Shown in pieces: positions 12,579 through 28,315 of a stretch of DNA of 64,000 bases (its first letter is position 1; each line of letters opens with the position of its first letter). The stretch comes from Escherichia coli. Lineage in GTDB: Bacteria; Pseudomonadota; Gammaproteobacteria; Enterobacterales; Enterobacteriaceae. Below the pieces are notes generated by a model, which worked only from the letters and a program-made list of their open reading frames with translations, searched no databases and was not told where the DNA came from. The stretch lies in assembly GCF_003790525.1 (NCBI RefSeq), contig NZ_CP033635.1; one strand, 5' to 3'. A program made the translations under genes and the position numbers.

Positions 12579-13166
12579 TTAATAGAAAATGCGTACCGCG
12601 CAATAGACCAGCAGCAGCGCGAGCACGATATTTAACTGGCGACCATACTGGCGAAACAATCGCTGAAACAGGTGCCCCGCCAGCGCCCAGCACACATTGC
12701 CAAACGTCCCAATCATCGCCAGCAAAACGCTGACGCCAATCACCCAGCTTAACGCCTGCGTTTGTGGCAGGACAAATGTCGACAGTGCTGTAATGCCATA
12801 CAAAATGATTTTGACGTTCACAAACTGCAAAGCAAAGCTGGCCCAAAAACTGATTGGTTTTGTCTGAAGCCCATCTTCCTTTGTTGGACTGGTAGCGATT
12901 TTCCACGCCAGCCAGACAATATATGCCGCCCCCGCCCAACTCAAAAGGTGTACCACTGCCGGGTCAATCACTGCCAGTGAAAATGAAATGCCCGCACACA
13001 GTAACATCACAATCAAAAATCCCAGACTCATCCCTGCCAGCACGCGAGTACTTTGACGAAATCCATGCGACGTAGCAGAGCTAAGGGCGAGAATATTGTT
13101 CGGTCCTGGCGTCATGGCGGTAATCAGGGTGTAAGTCCAAAAAGCACTTAAAAGGGTCGGTGTCAC
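12579..13166 (-). CDS. eamB: cysteine/O-acetylserine exporter (LysE/RhtB family)
   Basis: 195-aa hydrophobic ORF MTPTLLSAFWTYTLITAMTPGPNNILALSS...; typical RhtB/LysE N-terminus. Confidence 0.92.
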   Translation of the reverse strand: MTPTLLSAFWTYTLITAMTPGPNNILALSSATSHGFRQSTRVLAGMSLGFLIVMLLCAGISFSLAVIDPAVVHLLSWAGAAYIVWLAWKIATSPTKEDGLQTKPISFWASFALQFVNVKIILYGITALSTFVLPQTQALSWVIGVSVLLAMIGTFGNVCWALAGHLFQRLFRQYGRQLNIVLALLLVYCAVRIFY

Positions 13167-13268
13167 TTGTTATCTCCTCTGTTTTGGTAGACAGTACCCG
13201 ACACGAAACATTTAAAAAAATGAATGTTTTAATATTCTAAATTCGATATTTTCGATAGGTTTGGGGTT

Positions 13269-14150
13269 ATGGATCTGCGCCGTTTTATTACACTTAAAAC
13301 CGTGGTGGAAGAGGGTTCCTTTTTGCGAGCTTCGCAAAAATTGTGCTGCACACAATCGACGGTGACTTTTCATATTCAGCAGCTTGAGCAGGAGTTCTCA
13401 GTCCAGTTATTTGAGAAAATTGGTCGACGAATGTGCCTTACCCGCGAAGGAAAAAAGCTGCTGCCGCACATCTATGAACTCACCAGAGTGATGGATACCC
13501 TTCGTGAGGCTGCCAAAAAAGAGTCGGATCCGGACGGGGAACTACGCGTTGTTTCAGGCGAAACGTTGCTTTCTTACCGAATGCCGCAGGTGTTGCAGCG
13601 TTTTCGGCAACGCGCACCAAAAGTGTGTTTATCGTTGCAGTCTCTGAACTGTTACGTGATCCGTGATGCGCTACTGAATGATGAGGCTGATGTCGGCGTC
13701 TTTTACCGCGTAGGGAATGATGATGCTCTGAACCGACGAGAGTTGGGTGAACAATCGCTGGTGCTGGTAGCTTCACCGCAAATTGCAGATGTCGATTTTA
13801 CTGAGCCGGGAAGACATAACGCCTGTAGTTTTATTATCAATGAACCGCAATGTGTCTTCCGCCAGATATTTGAGAGCACGCTGCGCCAGCGACGGATCAC
13901 GGTGGAAAACACCATTGAGCTTATAAGTATCGAAAGCATCAAGCGTTGTGTCGCGGCAAATATCGGGGTCAGTTACCTGCCGCGCTTTACAGTGGCAAAT
14001 GAACTTGCGAGTGGCGAATTAATCGAATTGCCTTTTGGCGAACAGTCGCAGACCATTACGGCAATGTGCGCTCACCATGCCGGAAAAGCGGTTAGCCCGG
14101 CGATGCACATTTTTATTCAGTGTGTTGAAGAGTGTTTTTTGCCGGGATAA
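13269..14150 (+). CDS. yfiE: LysR-family transcriptional regulator
   Basis: 293-aa ORF with N-terminal LysR HTH (LRRFITLKTVVEEGSFLRASQKLCCTQSTVTFHIQQLE); divergent from eamB. Confidence 0.9.
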   Translation: MDLRRFITLKTVVEEGSFLRASQKLCCTQSTVTFHIQQLEQEFSVQLFEKIGRRMCLTREGKKLLPHIYELTRVMDTLREAAKKESDPDGELRVVSGETLLSYRMPQVLQRFRQRAPKVCLSLQSLNCYVIRDALLNDEADVGVFYRVGNDDALNRRELGEQSLVLVASPQIADVDFTEPGRHNACSFIINEPQCVFRQIFESTLRQRRITVENTIELISIESIKRCVAANIGVSYLPRFTVANELASGELIELPFGEQSQTITAMCAHHAGKAVSPAMHIFIQCVEECFLPG

Positions 14151-14155
14151 AAATA

Positions 14156-14177
14156 ATGCCGGGCTTAAACCCGGCAT
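14156..14177. terminator. palindromic hairpin between convergent yfiE and srmB (putative bidirectional terminator)
   Basis: ATGCCGGGCTTAAACCCGGCAT perfect palindrome flanked by A-rich and T-containing sequence. Confidence 0.7.
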
Positions 14178-14182
14178 TGAGA

Positions 14183-15517
14183 TTACTCTTCTGTCGTTTG
14201 CGGTGGCACGCCCGTTCCGCTCGGTTTACGGCGCTTACCAATATTTTTGGTGTCGCGATGGCGTTTTTTCACCCGCGGCTTCTCTTTCTCTTTAGCTTTT
14301 TTCTTCTCGGCGCGTTTTGCCAGTACTTTCTTCGATGGCTTGCCGGTCTGCTTCTCGCTTGGCGCACGCGTTTTCGGGCGTAACTCGTCAATTACGCGAG
14401 CTTTAATTGGCTCTTCAATATAGCGACCAACTTTGCCCAGCAGCAGATGGTCATGGGCTTCCACCAGCGAAATCGCGGTGCCTTTACGACCGGCGCGCGC
14501 GGTACGTCCGATACGGTGCAAATAAGTATCGCCACTGCGCGGCATATCGAAGTTAAAGACGTGGCTGACGTCAGGAATGTCGATACCGCGCGCGGCAACA
14601 TCGGTTGCAACCAGTACGTTTACGCGACCTTCGGTCAAACGCTTGATCGCTTCGTTACGCTTGCCCTGTACCATCTCACCTTCGAGATAGCAGTTGTTGA
14701 TGCCCGCTTCGCGCAGCCAGTTTGCCAGCTCATGCACACGCTCACGCTTACGCACAAACACAATTGAGCGGGTCGCTTCCGGCTGTTTTAACAGGTGCAC
14801 CAGCAATGCGGTTTTATGTTCCAGGTCATCGGCGCGGTAATACCACTGATGAATTTTTTTGCGCTCACGGGTGGACGGATTGGCAGAAACCTCCACCGGA
14901 TCTTCCAGCAGACGCTCGGCAAAGTCCTGAATCGCATCGCCTTCCAGCGTTGCCGAAAAGAGCAGGGTCTGTTTACGCCAGCGCGTTTCGCCAGCAATAT
15001 GTTCGATATCCTGAGCGAAGCCCATATCCAGCATACGGTCTGCTTCGTCGAGGATCAGCGTTTCAACCGCGCGGCAATCGAAGTTCTCTTCTTTTATGTA
15101 TTGCAGCAGACGTCCGGTCGTGGCGACCACGATGTCCTGATTTTCGCTGAACACTTCCGCGTGGTTCATATAGGCCACGCCGCCGGTGATGGTGGCGATA
15201 TCCAGATGCGTATGTTTCGCCAGTTCGCGGGCATGATCGGCCACCTGCATCGCCAGCTCGCGAGTTGGGGTGAGGATCAAAATACGCGGCGGACCGGATT
15301 TCTTACGTGGGAAATCGAGCAGGTGCTGCAACGCTGGCAGCAGATACGCCGCCGTTTTACCGGTGCCTGTCGGCGCAGAACCGAGTACATCACGGCCATC
15401 GAGCGCAGGCGGAATGGCGGCAGCCTGAATGGCGGTCGGGCGAGTGAAACCTTTATCCTGGAGGGCTTCCAGCAGGCTTTCGTCGAGTTCAAGTTCGGAA
15501 AAAGTCGTTACAGTCAT
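14183..15517 (-). CDS. srmB: DEAD-box ATP-dependent RNA helicase
   Basis: 444-aa ORF with Q-motif, Walker [13 protein letters not shown] box ([14 protein letters not shown]), SAT, and a basic C-terminal tail. Confidence 0.95.
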   Translation of the reverse strand: MTVTTFSELELDESLLEALQDKGFTRPTAIQAAAIPPALDGRDVLGSAPTGTGKTAAYLLPALQHLLDFPRKKSGPPRILILTPTRELAMQVADHARELAKHTHLDIATITGGVAYMNHAEVFSENQDIVVATTGRLLQYIKEENFDCRAVETLILDEADRMLDMGFAQDIEHIAGETRWRKQTLLFSATLEGDAIQDFAERLLEDPVEVSANPSTRERKKIHQWYYRADDLEHKTALLVHLLKQPEATRSIVFVRKRERVHELANWLREAGINNCYLEGEMVQGKRNEAIKRLTEGRVNVLVATDVAARGIDIPDVSHVFNFDMPRSGDTYLHRIGRTARAGRKGTAISLVEAHDHLLLGKVGRYIEEPIKARVIDELRPKTRAPSEKQTGKPSKKVLAKRAEKKKAKEKEKPRVKKRHRDTKNIGKRRKPSGTGVPPQTTEE

Positions 15518-15648
15518 GTTCTACCTCTGTGTGGGGCGCTGATTATAGACGTTACGGCTGCAATCTTCATCTGTTTGTATGGATATCGCTTCTCGGGTAT
15601 TGTTCTCACCCGGTGCTATCGCCGTTTTTCCTGCAAGGTTTTATTTTC

Positions 15649-18002
<2,354 letters not shown>

Positions 18003-18248
18003 TTAATTTACTAAACATGGTTTGGTCAGCATAGCATCATGTTGTGCGAATAAACACCTGCTATTTTAATATTTGTTACAGTTGCTAAACACGCTGACGC
18101 AGGGCGGCGAGAAAAAGAGAAGTTACTGGCTGGTGGAGGATTAGGTGGTGAAATAAAAAGGCCGTTGGGTTACTCTTCAGGCAGTTAAATGGGCATTTCT
18201 ACACAGATAATGCGATGTTCAGATTCTGTAGACTTATAATGATAGATA

Positions 18249-18404
18249 ATGATCCGTCTACAGCATGACAAACAAAAACAGATGCGTTACGGAACTTTAC
18301 AAAAACGAGACACTCTAACCCTTTGCTTGCTCAAATTGCAGCTAATGGAGTGGCGTTTCGATAGCGCGTGGAAATTTGGTTTGGGGAGACTTTACCTCGG
18401 ATGA
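18249..18404 (+). CDS. rseD: rpoE leader peptide (51-codon upstream ORF coupled to rpoE)
   Basis: ATG at 18249 opens a 51-codon frame (MIRLQHDKQKQMRYGTLQKRDTLTLCLLKLQLMEWRFDSAWKFGLGRLYLG) whose TGA overlaps the rpoE ATG as ATGA (18401-18404). Length matches the described ORF51/rseD. Confidence 0.65.
   Translation: MIRLQHDKQKQMRYGTLQKRDTLTLCLLKLQLMEWRFDSAWKFGLGRLYLG
18291..18318 (+). promoter_or_regulatory. sigmaE-dependent promoter (rpoE P2-type)
   Basis: GGAACTT (18291-18297), 16-bp spacer, TCTAA (18314-18318); fits the sigmaE consensus GGAACTT-N16-TCAAA. Confidence 0.75.
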
Positions 18405-18976
18405 GCGAGCAGTTAACGGACCAGGTCCTGGTTGAACGGGTCCAGAAGGGAGATCAGAAAGCCTTTAACTTACTGGTAGTGCGCTATCAGCATAAAGTGG
18501 CGAGTCTGGTTTCCCGCTATGTGCCGTCGGGTGATGTTCCCGATGTGGTACAAGAAGCTTTTATTAAAGCCTATCGTGCGCTGGATTCGTTCCGGGGAGA
18601 TAGCGCTTTTTATACATGGCTGTATCGGATTGCTGTAAATACAGCGAAAAATTACCTGGTTGCTCAGGGGCGTCGTCCACCTTCCAGTGATGTGGATGCC
18701 ATTGAAGCTGAAAACTTCGAAAGTGGCGGCGCGTTGAAAGAAATTTCGAACCCTGAGAACTTAATGTTGTCAGAAGAACTGAGACAGATAGTTTTCCGAA
18801 CTATTGAGTCCCTCCCGGAAGATTTACGCATGGCAATAACCTTGCGGGAGCTGGATGGCCTGAGCTATGAAGAGATAGCCGCTATCATGGATTGTCCGGT
18901 AGGTACGGTGCGTTCACGTATCTTCCGAGCGAGGGAAGCTATTGATAACAAAGTTCAACCGCTTATCAGGCGTTGA
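18401..18976 (+). CDS. rpoE: RNA polymerase sigma factor sigmaE (sigma-24)
   Basis: 191 aa from MSEQLTDQVLVERVQKGDQKAFNLLVVRYQHKV...; ECF sigma regions 2 and 4. Confidence 0.97.
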   Translation: MSEQLTDQVLVERVQKGDQKAFNLLVVRYQHKVASLVSRYVPSGDVPDVVQEAFIKAYRALDSFRGDSAFYTWLYRIAVNTAKNYLVAQGRRPPSSDVDAIEAENFESGGALKEISNPENLMLSEELRQIVFRTIESLPEDLRMAITLRELDGLSYEEIAAIMDCPVGTVRSRIFRAREAIDNKVQPLIRR

Positions 18977-19008
18977 CGATAGCGGGATACTGGATAAGGG
19001 TATTAGGC

Positions 19009-19659
19009 ATGCAGAAAGAACAACTTTCCGCTTTAATGGATGGCGAAACGCTGGATAGTGAGCTGCTTAACGAACTGGCTCATAACCCAGAAATGCAGAA
19101 AACCTGGGAAAGCTATCACTTAATCCGTGACTCAATGCGGGGTGATACTCCCGAGGTGCTCCATTTCGATATCTCTTCACGAGTGATGGCCGCCATTGAA
19201 GAAGAGCCAGTACGTCAACCGGCGACATTGATCCCGGAAGCCCAGCCTGCGCCGCATCAATGGCAGAAAATGCCATTCTGGCAGAAAGTACGTCCGTGGG
19301 CGGCACAGCTTACCCAAATGGGCGTAGCCGCATGCGTATCGCTTGCAGTTATCGTTGGCGTCCAGCACTATAATGGACAATCTGAAACGTCCCAGCAGCC
19401 CGAAACGCCGGTATTTAATACACTGCCGATGATGGGTAAAGCCAGCCCGGTAAGCCTGGGAGTACCTTCTGAAGCGACCGCAAACAATGGTCAACAGCAG
19501 CAGGTACAGGAGCAGCGTCGTCGCATTAATGCAATGTTGCAGGATTACGAACTGCAACGCCGACTCCACTCTGAACAGCTTCAGTTTGAGCAGGCGCAAA
19601 CCCAGCAAGCCGCTGTACAGGTGCCAGGAATTCAAACTTTAGGAACGCAATCGCAGTAA
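19009..19659 (+). CDS. rseA: anti-sigmaE factor
   Basis: 216 aa from MQKEQLSALMDGETLDSELLNELAHNPEMQKTWESYHLIRD...; single TM segment, Q-rich C-terminus. Confidence 0.95.
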   Translation: MQKEQLSALMDGETLDSELLNELAHNPEMQKTWESYHLIRDSMRGDTPEVLHFDISSRVMAAIEEEPVRQPATLIPEAQPAPHQWQKMPFWQKVRPWAAQLTQMGVAACVSLAVIVGVQHYNGQSETSQQPETPVFNTLPMMGKASPVSLGVPSEATANNGQQQQVQEQRRRINAMLQDYELQRRLHSEQLQFEQAQTQQAAVQVPGIQTLGTQSQ

Positions 19660-20615
19660 TGAAGCAACTTTGGTTTGCCATGTCATTAGTGACAGGTAGC
19701 CTGTTATTCTCTGCTAACGCCTCGGCCACTCCCGCGTCCGGGGCGTTATTACAGCAGATGAACCTGGCCAGTCAGTCACTGAATTACGAGCTGTCATTCA
19801 TCAGCATCAATAAACAGGGTGTTGAGTCTCTGCGTTATCGACATGCACGCCTCGATAACCGTCCTCTTGCACAATTGTTGCAAATGGATGGCCCGCGCCG
19901 GGAAGTGGTACAGCGCGGCAATGAGATCAGCTATTTTGAACCGGGACTTGAACCGTTCACGCTTAATGGCGATTACATTGTTGATTCTCTGCCATCGCTC
20001 ATCTATACCGATTTCAAACGCCTTTCTCCTTACTACGACTTTATCTCCGTCGGGCGCACGCGTATTGCTGATCGTCTTTGCGAAGTTATTCGCGTGGTTG
20101 CCCGAGATGGTACACGCTACAGCTACATCGTGTGGATGGACACCGAATCGAAATTACCGATGAGGGTTGATCTCCTTGATCGCGATGGTGAAACGCTGGA
20201 ACAATTTCGCGTGATTGCTTTTAATGTCAATCAGGATATCAGCAGCAGTATGCAGACGCTGGCGAAGGCAAATTTGCCGCCGTTGCTTTCTGTTCCTGTA
20301 GGTGAAAAAGCTAAATTCAGCTGGACGCCAACCTGGTTGCCACAGGGTTTTAGCGAAGTTTCCAGTAGTCGACGTCCGCTACCGACGATGGACAACATGC
20401 CTATTGAATCACGTCTCTATTCCGACGGATTATTCAGCTTCTCGGTAAACGTTAACCGCGCTACGCCATCGAGCACCGATCAGATGTTGCGCACCGGACG
20501 CAGAACCGTCAGTACAAGCGTACGTGATAACGCCGAAATCACCATTGTCGGTGAACTGCCGCCGCAAACGGCGAAACGCATTGCCGAGAATATTAAGTTC
20601 GGGGCAGCGCAATGA
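19659..20615 (+). CDS. rseB: sigmaE regulatory protein RseB
   Basis: 318-aa ORF with signal peptide (MKQLWFAMSLVTGSLLFSANASA); start overlaps the rseA stop by 1 nt (TAATG). Confidence 0.95.
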   Translation: MKQLWFAMSLVTGSLLFSANASATPASGALLQQMNLASQSLNYELSFISINKQGVESLRYRHARLDNRPLAQLLQMDGPRREVVQRGNEISYFEPGLEPFTLNGDYIVDSLPSLIYTDFKRLSPYYDFISVGRTRIADRLCEVIRVVARDGTRYSYIVWMDTESKLPMRVDLLDRDGETLEQFRVIAFNVNQDISSSMQTLAKANLPPLLSVPVGEKAKFSWTPTWLPQGFSEVSSSRRPLPTMDNMPIESRLYSDGLFSFSVNVNRATPSSTDQMLRTGRRTVSTSVRDNAEITIVGELPPQTAKRIAENIKFGAAQ

Positions 20616-21091
20616 TCAAAGAGTGGGCTACCGTCGTCTCCTGGGAAAACGGGCAGGCGCTGGTTAGTTGTGATGTTAAAGCCTCATGCAGCAGCTGCGC
20701 TTCACGCGCCGGTTGCGGTAGCCGCGTGTTGAATAAACTTGGCCCGCAAACCACGCATACCATTGTCGTACCCTGTGATGAACCGTTAGTGCCGGGGCAA
20801 AAAGTAGAATTAGGAATCGCCGAAGGCAGCCTGCTTAGCTCCGCATTACTGGTTTATATGTCGCCGTTGGTGGGACTATTCCTCATCGCTTCACTATTTC
20901 AGCTACTCTTTGCTTCAGATATTGCAGCATTATGCGGTGCGATTCTCGGTGGCGTTGGTGGATTCCTGATTGCACGTGGCTGCTCTCGAAAGTTTGCTGC
21001 CCGGTCTGAATGGCAACCGATCATCTTAAGCGTGGCCTTGCCGCCTGGCCTTGTGCGATTTGAAACATCTTCGGAAGACGCGAGCCAGTGA
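20612..21091 (+). CDS. rseC: sigmaE regulatory protein RseC
   Basis: 159-aa ORF, N-terminal cysteine cluster (CSSCASRAGC) and two TM segments; ATGA overlap with rseB. Confidence 0.93.
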   Translation: MIKEWATVVSWENGQALVSCDVKASCSSCASRAGCGSRVLNKLGPQTTHTIVVPCDEPLVPGQKVELGIAEGSLLSSALLVYMSPLVGLFLIASLFQLLFASDIAALCGAILGGVGGFLIARGCSRKFAARSEWQPIILSVALPPGLVRFETSSEDASQ

Positions 21092-21287
21092 TTTCACTGG
21101 CTTTGTTGCATTTTGCATAACAAATGCGAGGACGTTTCCAGATACCCAATCCATACGGTATGAACATTTCCTCGCCTCAATGTTGTAGTGTAGAATGCGG
21201 CGTTTCTATTAATACAGACGTTAAGCTCAGAACAGCGACTTCTAAAAGCCTGGTTAACCGGGCATTAAGGCACAATAATCATACTTT

Positions 21288-23087
<1,800 letters not shown>

Positions 23088-23102
23088 CCCTTAGGAGTTG
23101 GC

Positions 23103-24077
23103 ATGGCGAATATGTTTGCCCTGATTCTGGTGATTGCCACACTAGTGACGGGCATTTTATGGTGCGTGGATAAATTCTTTTTCGCACCTAAACGGCGGGA
23201 ACGTCAGGCAGCGGCGCAGGCGGCTGCCGGTGACTCACTGGATAAAGCAACGTTGAAAAAGGTTGCGCCGAAGCCTGGCTGGCTGGAAACCGGTGCTTCT
23301 GTTTTTCCGGTGCTGGCTATCGTATTGATTGTGCGTTCGTTTATTTATGAACCGTTCCAGATCCCGTCAGGTTCGATGATGCCGACTCTGTTAATCGGTG
23401 ATTTTATTCTGGTAGAGAAGTTTGCTTATGGCATTAAAGATCCTATCTACCAGAAAACGCTGATCGAAACCGGTCATCCGAAACGCGGCGATATCGTGGT
23501 CTTTAAATATCCGGAAGATCCAAAGCTTGATTACATCAAGCGCGCGGTGGGTTTACCGGGCGATAAAGTCACTTATGATCCGGTCTCGAAAGAGCTGACG
23601 ATTCAACCGGGATGCAGTTCCGGCCAGGCATGTGAAAACGCGCTGCCGGTCACCTACTCCAACGTGGAACCGAGCGATTTCGTTCAGACCTTCTCACGCC
23701 GTAATGGTGGGGAAGCGACCAGCGGATTCTTTGAAGTGCCGAAAAACGAAACCAAAGAAAATGGAATTCGTCTTTCCGAGCGTAAAGAGACACTGGGTGA
23801 TGTGACGCACCGCATTCTGACAGTGCCGATTGCGCAGGACCAGGTGGGGATGTATTACCAGCAGCCAGGGCAACAACTGGCAACCTGGATTGTTCCGCCG
23901 GGACAATACTTCATGATGGGTGACAACCGCGACAACAGCGCGGACAGCCGTTACTGGGGCTTTGTGCCGGAAGCGAATCTGGTCGGTCGGGCAACGGCTA
24001 TCTGGATGAGTTTCGATAAGCAAGAAGGCGAATGGCCGACAGGTGTGCGCTTAAGTCGCATTGGCGGCATCCATTAA
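23103..24077 (+). CDS. lepB: signal peptidase I
   Basis: 324-aa ORF; catalytic Ser region (IPSGSMMPTL) and conserved GDNRDNSADSRYWGFV box. Confidence 0.97.
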   Translation: MANMFALILVIATLVTGILWCVDKFFFAPKRRERQAAAQAAAGDSLDKATLKKVAPKPGWLETGASVFPVLAIVLIVRSFIYEPFQIPSGSMMPTLLIGDFILVEKFAYGIKDPIYQKTLIETGHPKRGDIVVFKYPEDPKLDYIKRAVGLPGDKVTYDPVSKELTIQPGCSSGQACENALPVTYSNVEPSDFVQTFSRRNGGEATSGFFEVPKNETKENGIRLSERKETLGDVTHRILTVPIAQDQVGMYYQQPGQQLATWIVPPGQYFMMGDNRDNSADSRYWGFVPEANLVGRATAIWMSFDKQEGEWPTGVRLSRIGGIH

Positions 24078-24091
24078 TAGCCCATCTTCGT

Positions 24092-24122
24092 TCACGTTGT
24101 CGCCGTTATGGCGACAACGTGA
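24092..24122 (+). terminator. hairpin downstream of lepB (probable terminator)
   Basis: 13-bp perfect stem TCACGTTGTCGCC-gttat-GGCGACAACGTGA followed by ATTATTTAT. Confidence 0.7.
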
Positions 24123-24223
24123 ATTATTTATGAGATAAATCTCCCGTGGCTAACGACATCCCCCGTCGTTGTGTATAGAATATTCCCCCGAAGTTTAAGG
24201 TTGGCACCTCCAGGTTGCCACGG

Positions 24224-24315
24224 CACACGAAACAGCGTTGGTCCCCATATACCGGTAAACTGAAACTGCAGCGAAGCAGTTAGCAGAACCATGTATATCA
24301 GGTCTGTTTCGTGTG
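24224..24315 (+). promoter_or_regulatory. rnc 5' leader long-range stem (candidate RNase III autoregulatory structure)
   Basis: 12-nt arms CACACGAAACAG (24224-24235) and CTGTTTCGTGTG (24304-24315) are exact reverse complements in the untranslated leader upstream of the rnc ATG. Confidence 0.55.
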
Positions 24316-24319
24316 CTGA

Positions 24320-25932
<1,613 letters not shown>

Positions 25933-25943
25933 GAGTAACTCCG

Positions 25944-26672
25944 ATGGAAGGCTGGCAGCGCGCATTTGTCCTGCATAGTCGCCCGTGGAGCGAAACCAGC
26001 CTGATGCTGGACGTCTTCACGGAGGAATCGGGTCGCGTGCGTCTGGTTGCCAAAGGCGCACGCTCTAAACGCTCTACTCTGAAAGGTGCATTACAGCCTT
26101 TCACCCCTCTCTTGCTACGTTTTGGCGGGCGTGGCGAAGTCAAAACGCTGCGCAGTGCTGAAGCTGTCTCGCTGGCGCTGCCATTAAGCGGTATCACGCT
26201 TTACAGCGGTCTGTACATCAACGAACTTCTCTCCCGCGTACTGGAATACGAGACGCGCTTCTCTGAACTCTTTTTCGATTACTTGCACTGCATTCAGTCA
26301 CTTGCAGGTGCCACTGGTACGCCAGAACCCGCGCTGCGCCGCTTTGAACTGGCACTGCTCGGGCATCTGGGCTATGGCGTCAATTTTACTCATTGTGCGG
26401 GTAGCGGCGAGCCGGTAGATGACACCATGACGTATCGTTATCGCGAAGAAAAAGGGTTTATCGCAAGCGTCGTTATCGACAATAAAACGTTCACCGGAAG
26501 GCAGTTAAAAGCGTTAAACGCGCGGGAATTTCCTGACGCAGACACACTGCGCGCCGCGAAACGCTTTACCCGCATGGCGCTTAAGCCGTATCTTGGCGGT
26601 AAACCATTAAAGAGCAGGGAACTGTTCCGGCAGTTTATGCCTAAGCGAACGGTGAAAACACATTATGAATGA
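25944..26672 (+). CDS. recO: DNA repair protein RecO
   Basis: 242-aa [44 protein letters not shown]... matching RecO. Confidence 0.95.
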
Positions 26673-26683
26673 TGAGGATTGTC

Positions 26684-27415
26684 ATGGCTGAATTACTGTT
26701 AGGCGTCAACATTGACCATATTGCAACGCTGCGTAACGCACGCGGTACTGCTTACCCAGATCCGGTGCAGGCGGCGTTTATTGCTGAGCAGGCGGGAGCG
26801 GACGGCATTACCGTGCATTTACGTGAAGATCGCCGCCACATTACCGACCGCGATGTGCGCATCCTGCGTCAGACGCTGGATACCCGCATGAATCTGGAGA
26901 TGGCGGTGACCGAAGAGATGCTGGCGATCGCCGTTGAGACGAAGCCACATTTTTGCTGTCTGGTACCGGAAAAGCGTCAGGAAGTAACAACCGAAGGCGG
27001 CCTGGACGTCGCTGGACAGCGTGAAAAAATGCGCGATGCCTGCAAACGTCTGGCGGAGGCCGGGATCCAGGTTTCTCTGTTTATCGACGCCGATGAAGAG
27101 CAGATCAAAGCTGCGGCAGAGGTTGGCGCACCGTTTATCGAGATCCACACAGGTTGCTATGCTGATGCCAAAACTGACGCCGAACAGGCGCAAGAGCTGG
27201 CGCGTATCGCCAAAGCCGCGACCTTTGCCGCTAGTCTCGGTCTGAAAGTTAACGCTGGTCACGGTCTGACCTATCACAACGTGAAAGCCATTGCCGCCAT
27301 CCCTGAGATGCATGAACTGAATATCGGTCATGCCATTATTGGTCGTGCAGTGATGACTGGACTGAAAGATGCGGTGGCAGAAATGAAGCGTTTGATGCTG
27401 GAAGCGCGTGGCTAA
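26684..27415 (+). CDS. pdxJ: pyridoxine 5'-phosphate synthase
   Basis: 243 aa from [21 protein letters not shown]...; ORF-track ORF begins 5 codons upstream. Confidence 0.95.
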   Translation: MAELLLGVNIDHIATLRNARGTAYPDPVQAAFIAEQAGADGITVHLREDRRHITDRDVRILRQTLDTRMNLEMAVTEEMLAIAVETKPHFCCLVPEKRQEVTTEGGLDVAGQREKMRDACKRLAEAGIQVSLFIDADEEQIKAAAEVGAPFIEIHTGCYADAKTDAEQAQELARIAKAATFAASLGLKVNAGHGLTYHNVKAIAAIPEMHELNIGHAIIGRAVMTGLKDAVAEMKRLMLEARG

Positions 27416-27795
27416 TGGCAATATTAGGTTTAGGTACGGATATTGTGGAGATCGCTCGCATTGAATCGGTGATCGCCCGATCCGGTGAGCGCCTGGCACG
27501 CCGCGTATTAAGCGATAACGAATGGGCAATCTGGAAAACGCACCACCAGCCGGTGCGTTTTCTGGCGAAGCGTTTTGCTGTGAAAGAAGCGGCGGCAAAA
27601 GCGTTTGGCACCGGGATCCGCAATGGTCTGGCGTTTAATCAATTTGAAGTATTCAATGATGAGCTCGGCAAACCACGGCTACGGCTATGGGGTGAGGCAT
27701 TAAAACTGGCGGAAAAGCTCGGCGTTGTAAATATGCATGTAACGCTGGCAGATGAACGCCACTATGCTTGTGCCACGGTAATTATTGAAAGTTAA
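27415..27795 (+). CDS. acpS: holo-[acyl-carrier-protein] synthase
   Basis: 126-aa [20 protein letters not shown]...; 4'-phosphopantetheinyl transferase fold; start overlaps the pdxJ stop. Confidence 0.96.
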   Translation: MAILGLGTDIVEIARIESVIARSGERLARRVLSDNEWAIWKTHHQPVRFLAKRFAVKEAAAKAFGTGIRNGLAFNQFEVFNDELGKPRLRLWGEALKLAEKLGVVNMHVTLADERHYACATVIIES

Positions 27796-27811
27796 AAAAA
27801 TACCGTTCTCT

Positions 27812-27900
27812 TTATAAAGTAAAACCCCCGAACTGGTAAGGAACGGGGGTTTTACTTTACAACTTTAATTTTGTGCAGCACACGATTCCAACGGAAATGA
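27812..27900 (-). ncRNA. ohsC: OhsC antitoxin sRNA (approximate boundaries)
   Basis: Minus-strand segment between the bidirectional terminator and a candidate -10 (RC of 27899-27904 = CATAAT). Contains the antisense of GTGCAGCACACGATTCCAA (27873-27891), an 18/19 match to the shoB 5' UTR copy at 28122-28140. Ends are not determined. Confidence 0.5.
27818..27856. terminator. bidirectional rho-independent terminator (acpS on + strand, ohsC on - strand)
   Basis: AGTAAAACCCCCG-aactggtaaggaa-CGGGGGTTTTACT palindrome; both strands give a G/C stem followed by UUUUACUUUA. Confidence 0.8.
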
Positions 27901-28215
27901 TTATGGATCAATTTAGTTGACCTGTACAAGCAACTTGCAATCTCTGACATAAAAAACGCGAGCCTTTACGAAGAAATCGACATTGATGAAAAGATTAACG
28001 TGACCGCTTTTTGATAAGTACATTAAAATCGGTTTCGTTATTGGCAATTTTGCTGTGCTTTACACCATGCCACTGAATTCCCCCATTGAAACGAGTGGTG
28101 TCGTCAAAGCTCTGGTGTGGAGTGCAGCACTCGATTCCAATAACTCGCACGTTCAGTTTTGGGGTGATGTAAGGGCTAATCTGAACGGCTGCATTCCTTG
28201 TTTAAGGAAAAACGA

Positions 28216-28296
28216 ATGACTGATTGCCGATACCTGATTAAACGGGTTATCAAAATCATCATTGCTGTTTTACAGCTGCTCCTTTTGTTCTTATAA
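28216..28296 (+). CDS. shoB: ShoB small toxic membrane peptide (type I toxin), 26 aa
   Basis: ATG at 28216 preceded by AAGGA; encodes MTDCRYLIKRVIKIIIAVLQLLLLFL, a hydrophobic 26-mer; missed by the ORF track because of size. Confidence 0.85.
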   Translation: MTDCRYLIKRVIKIIIAVLQLLLLFL

Positions 28297-28315
28297 CACA
28301 AGGAAACGTACTTAA

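Noticed and set aside
24201-24220. Possible sigma54 promoter TGGCACctccaggTTGCCA in the rnc leader
   Set aside because: The GG-to-GC spacing is 12 nt rather than the canonical 10, and no activator gene or upstream activating sequence is associated; more likely part of the leader secondary structure.
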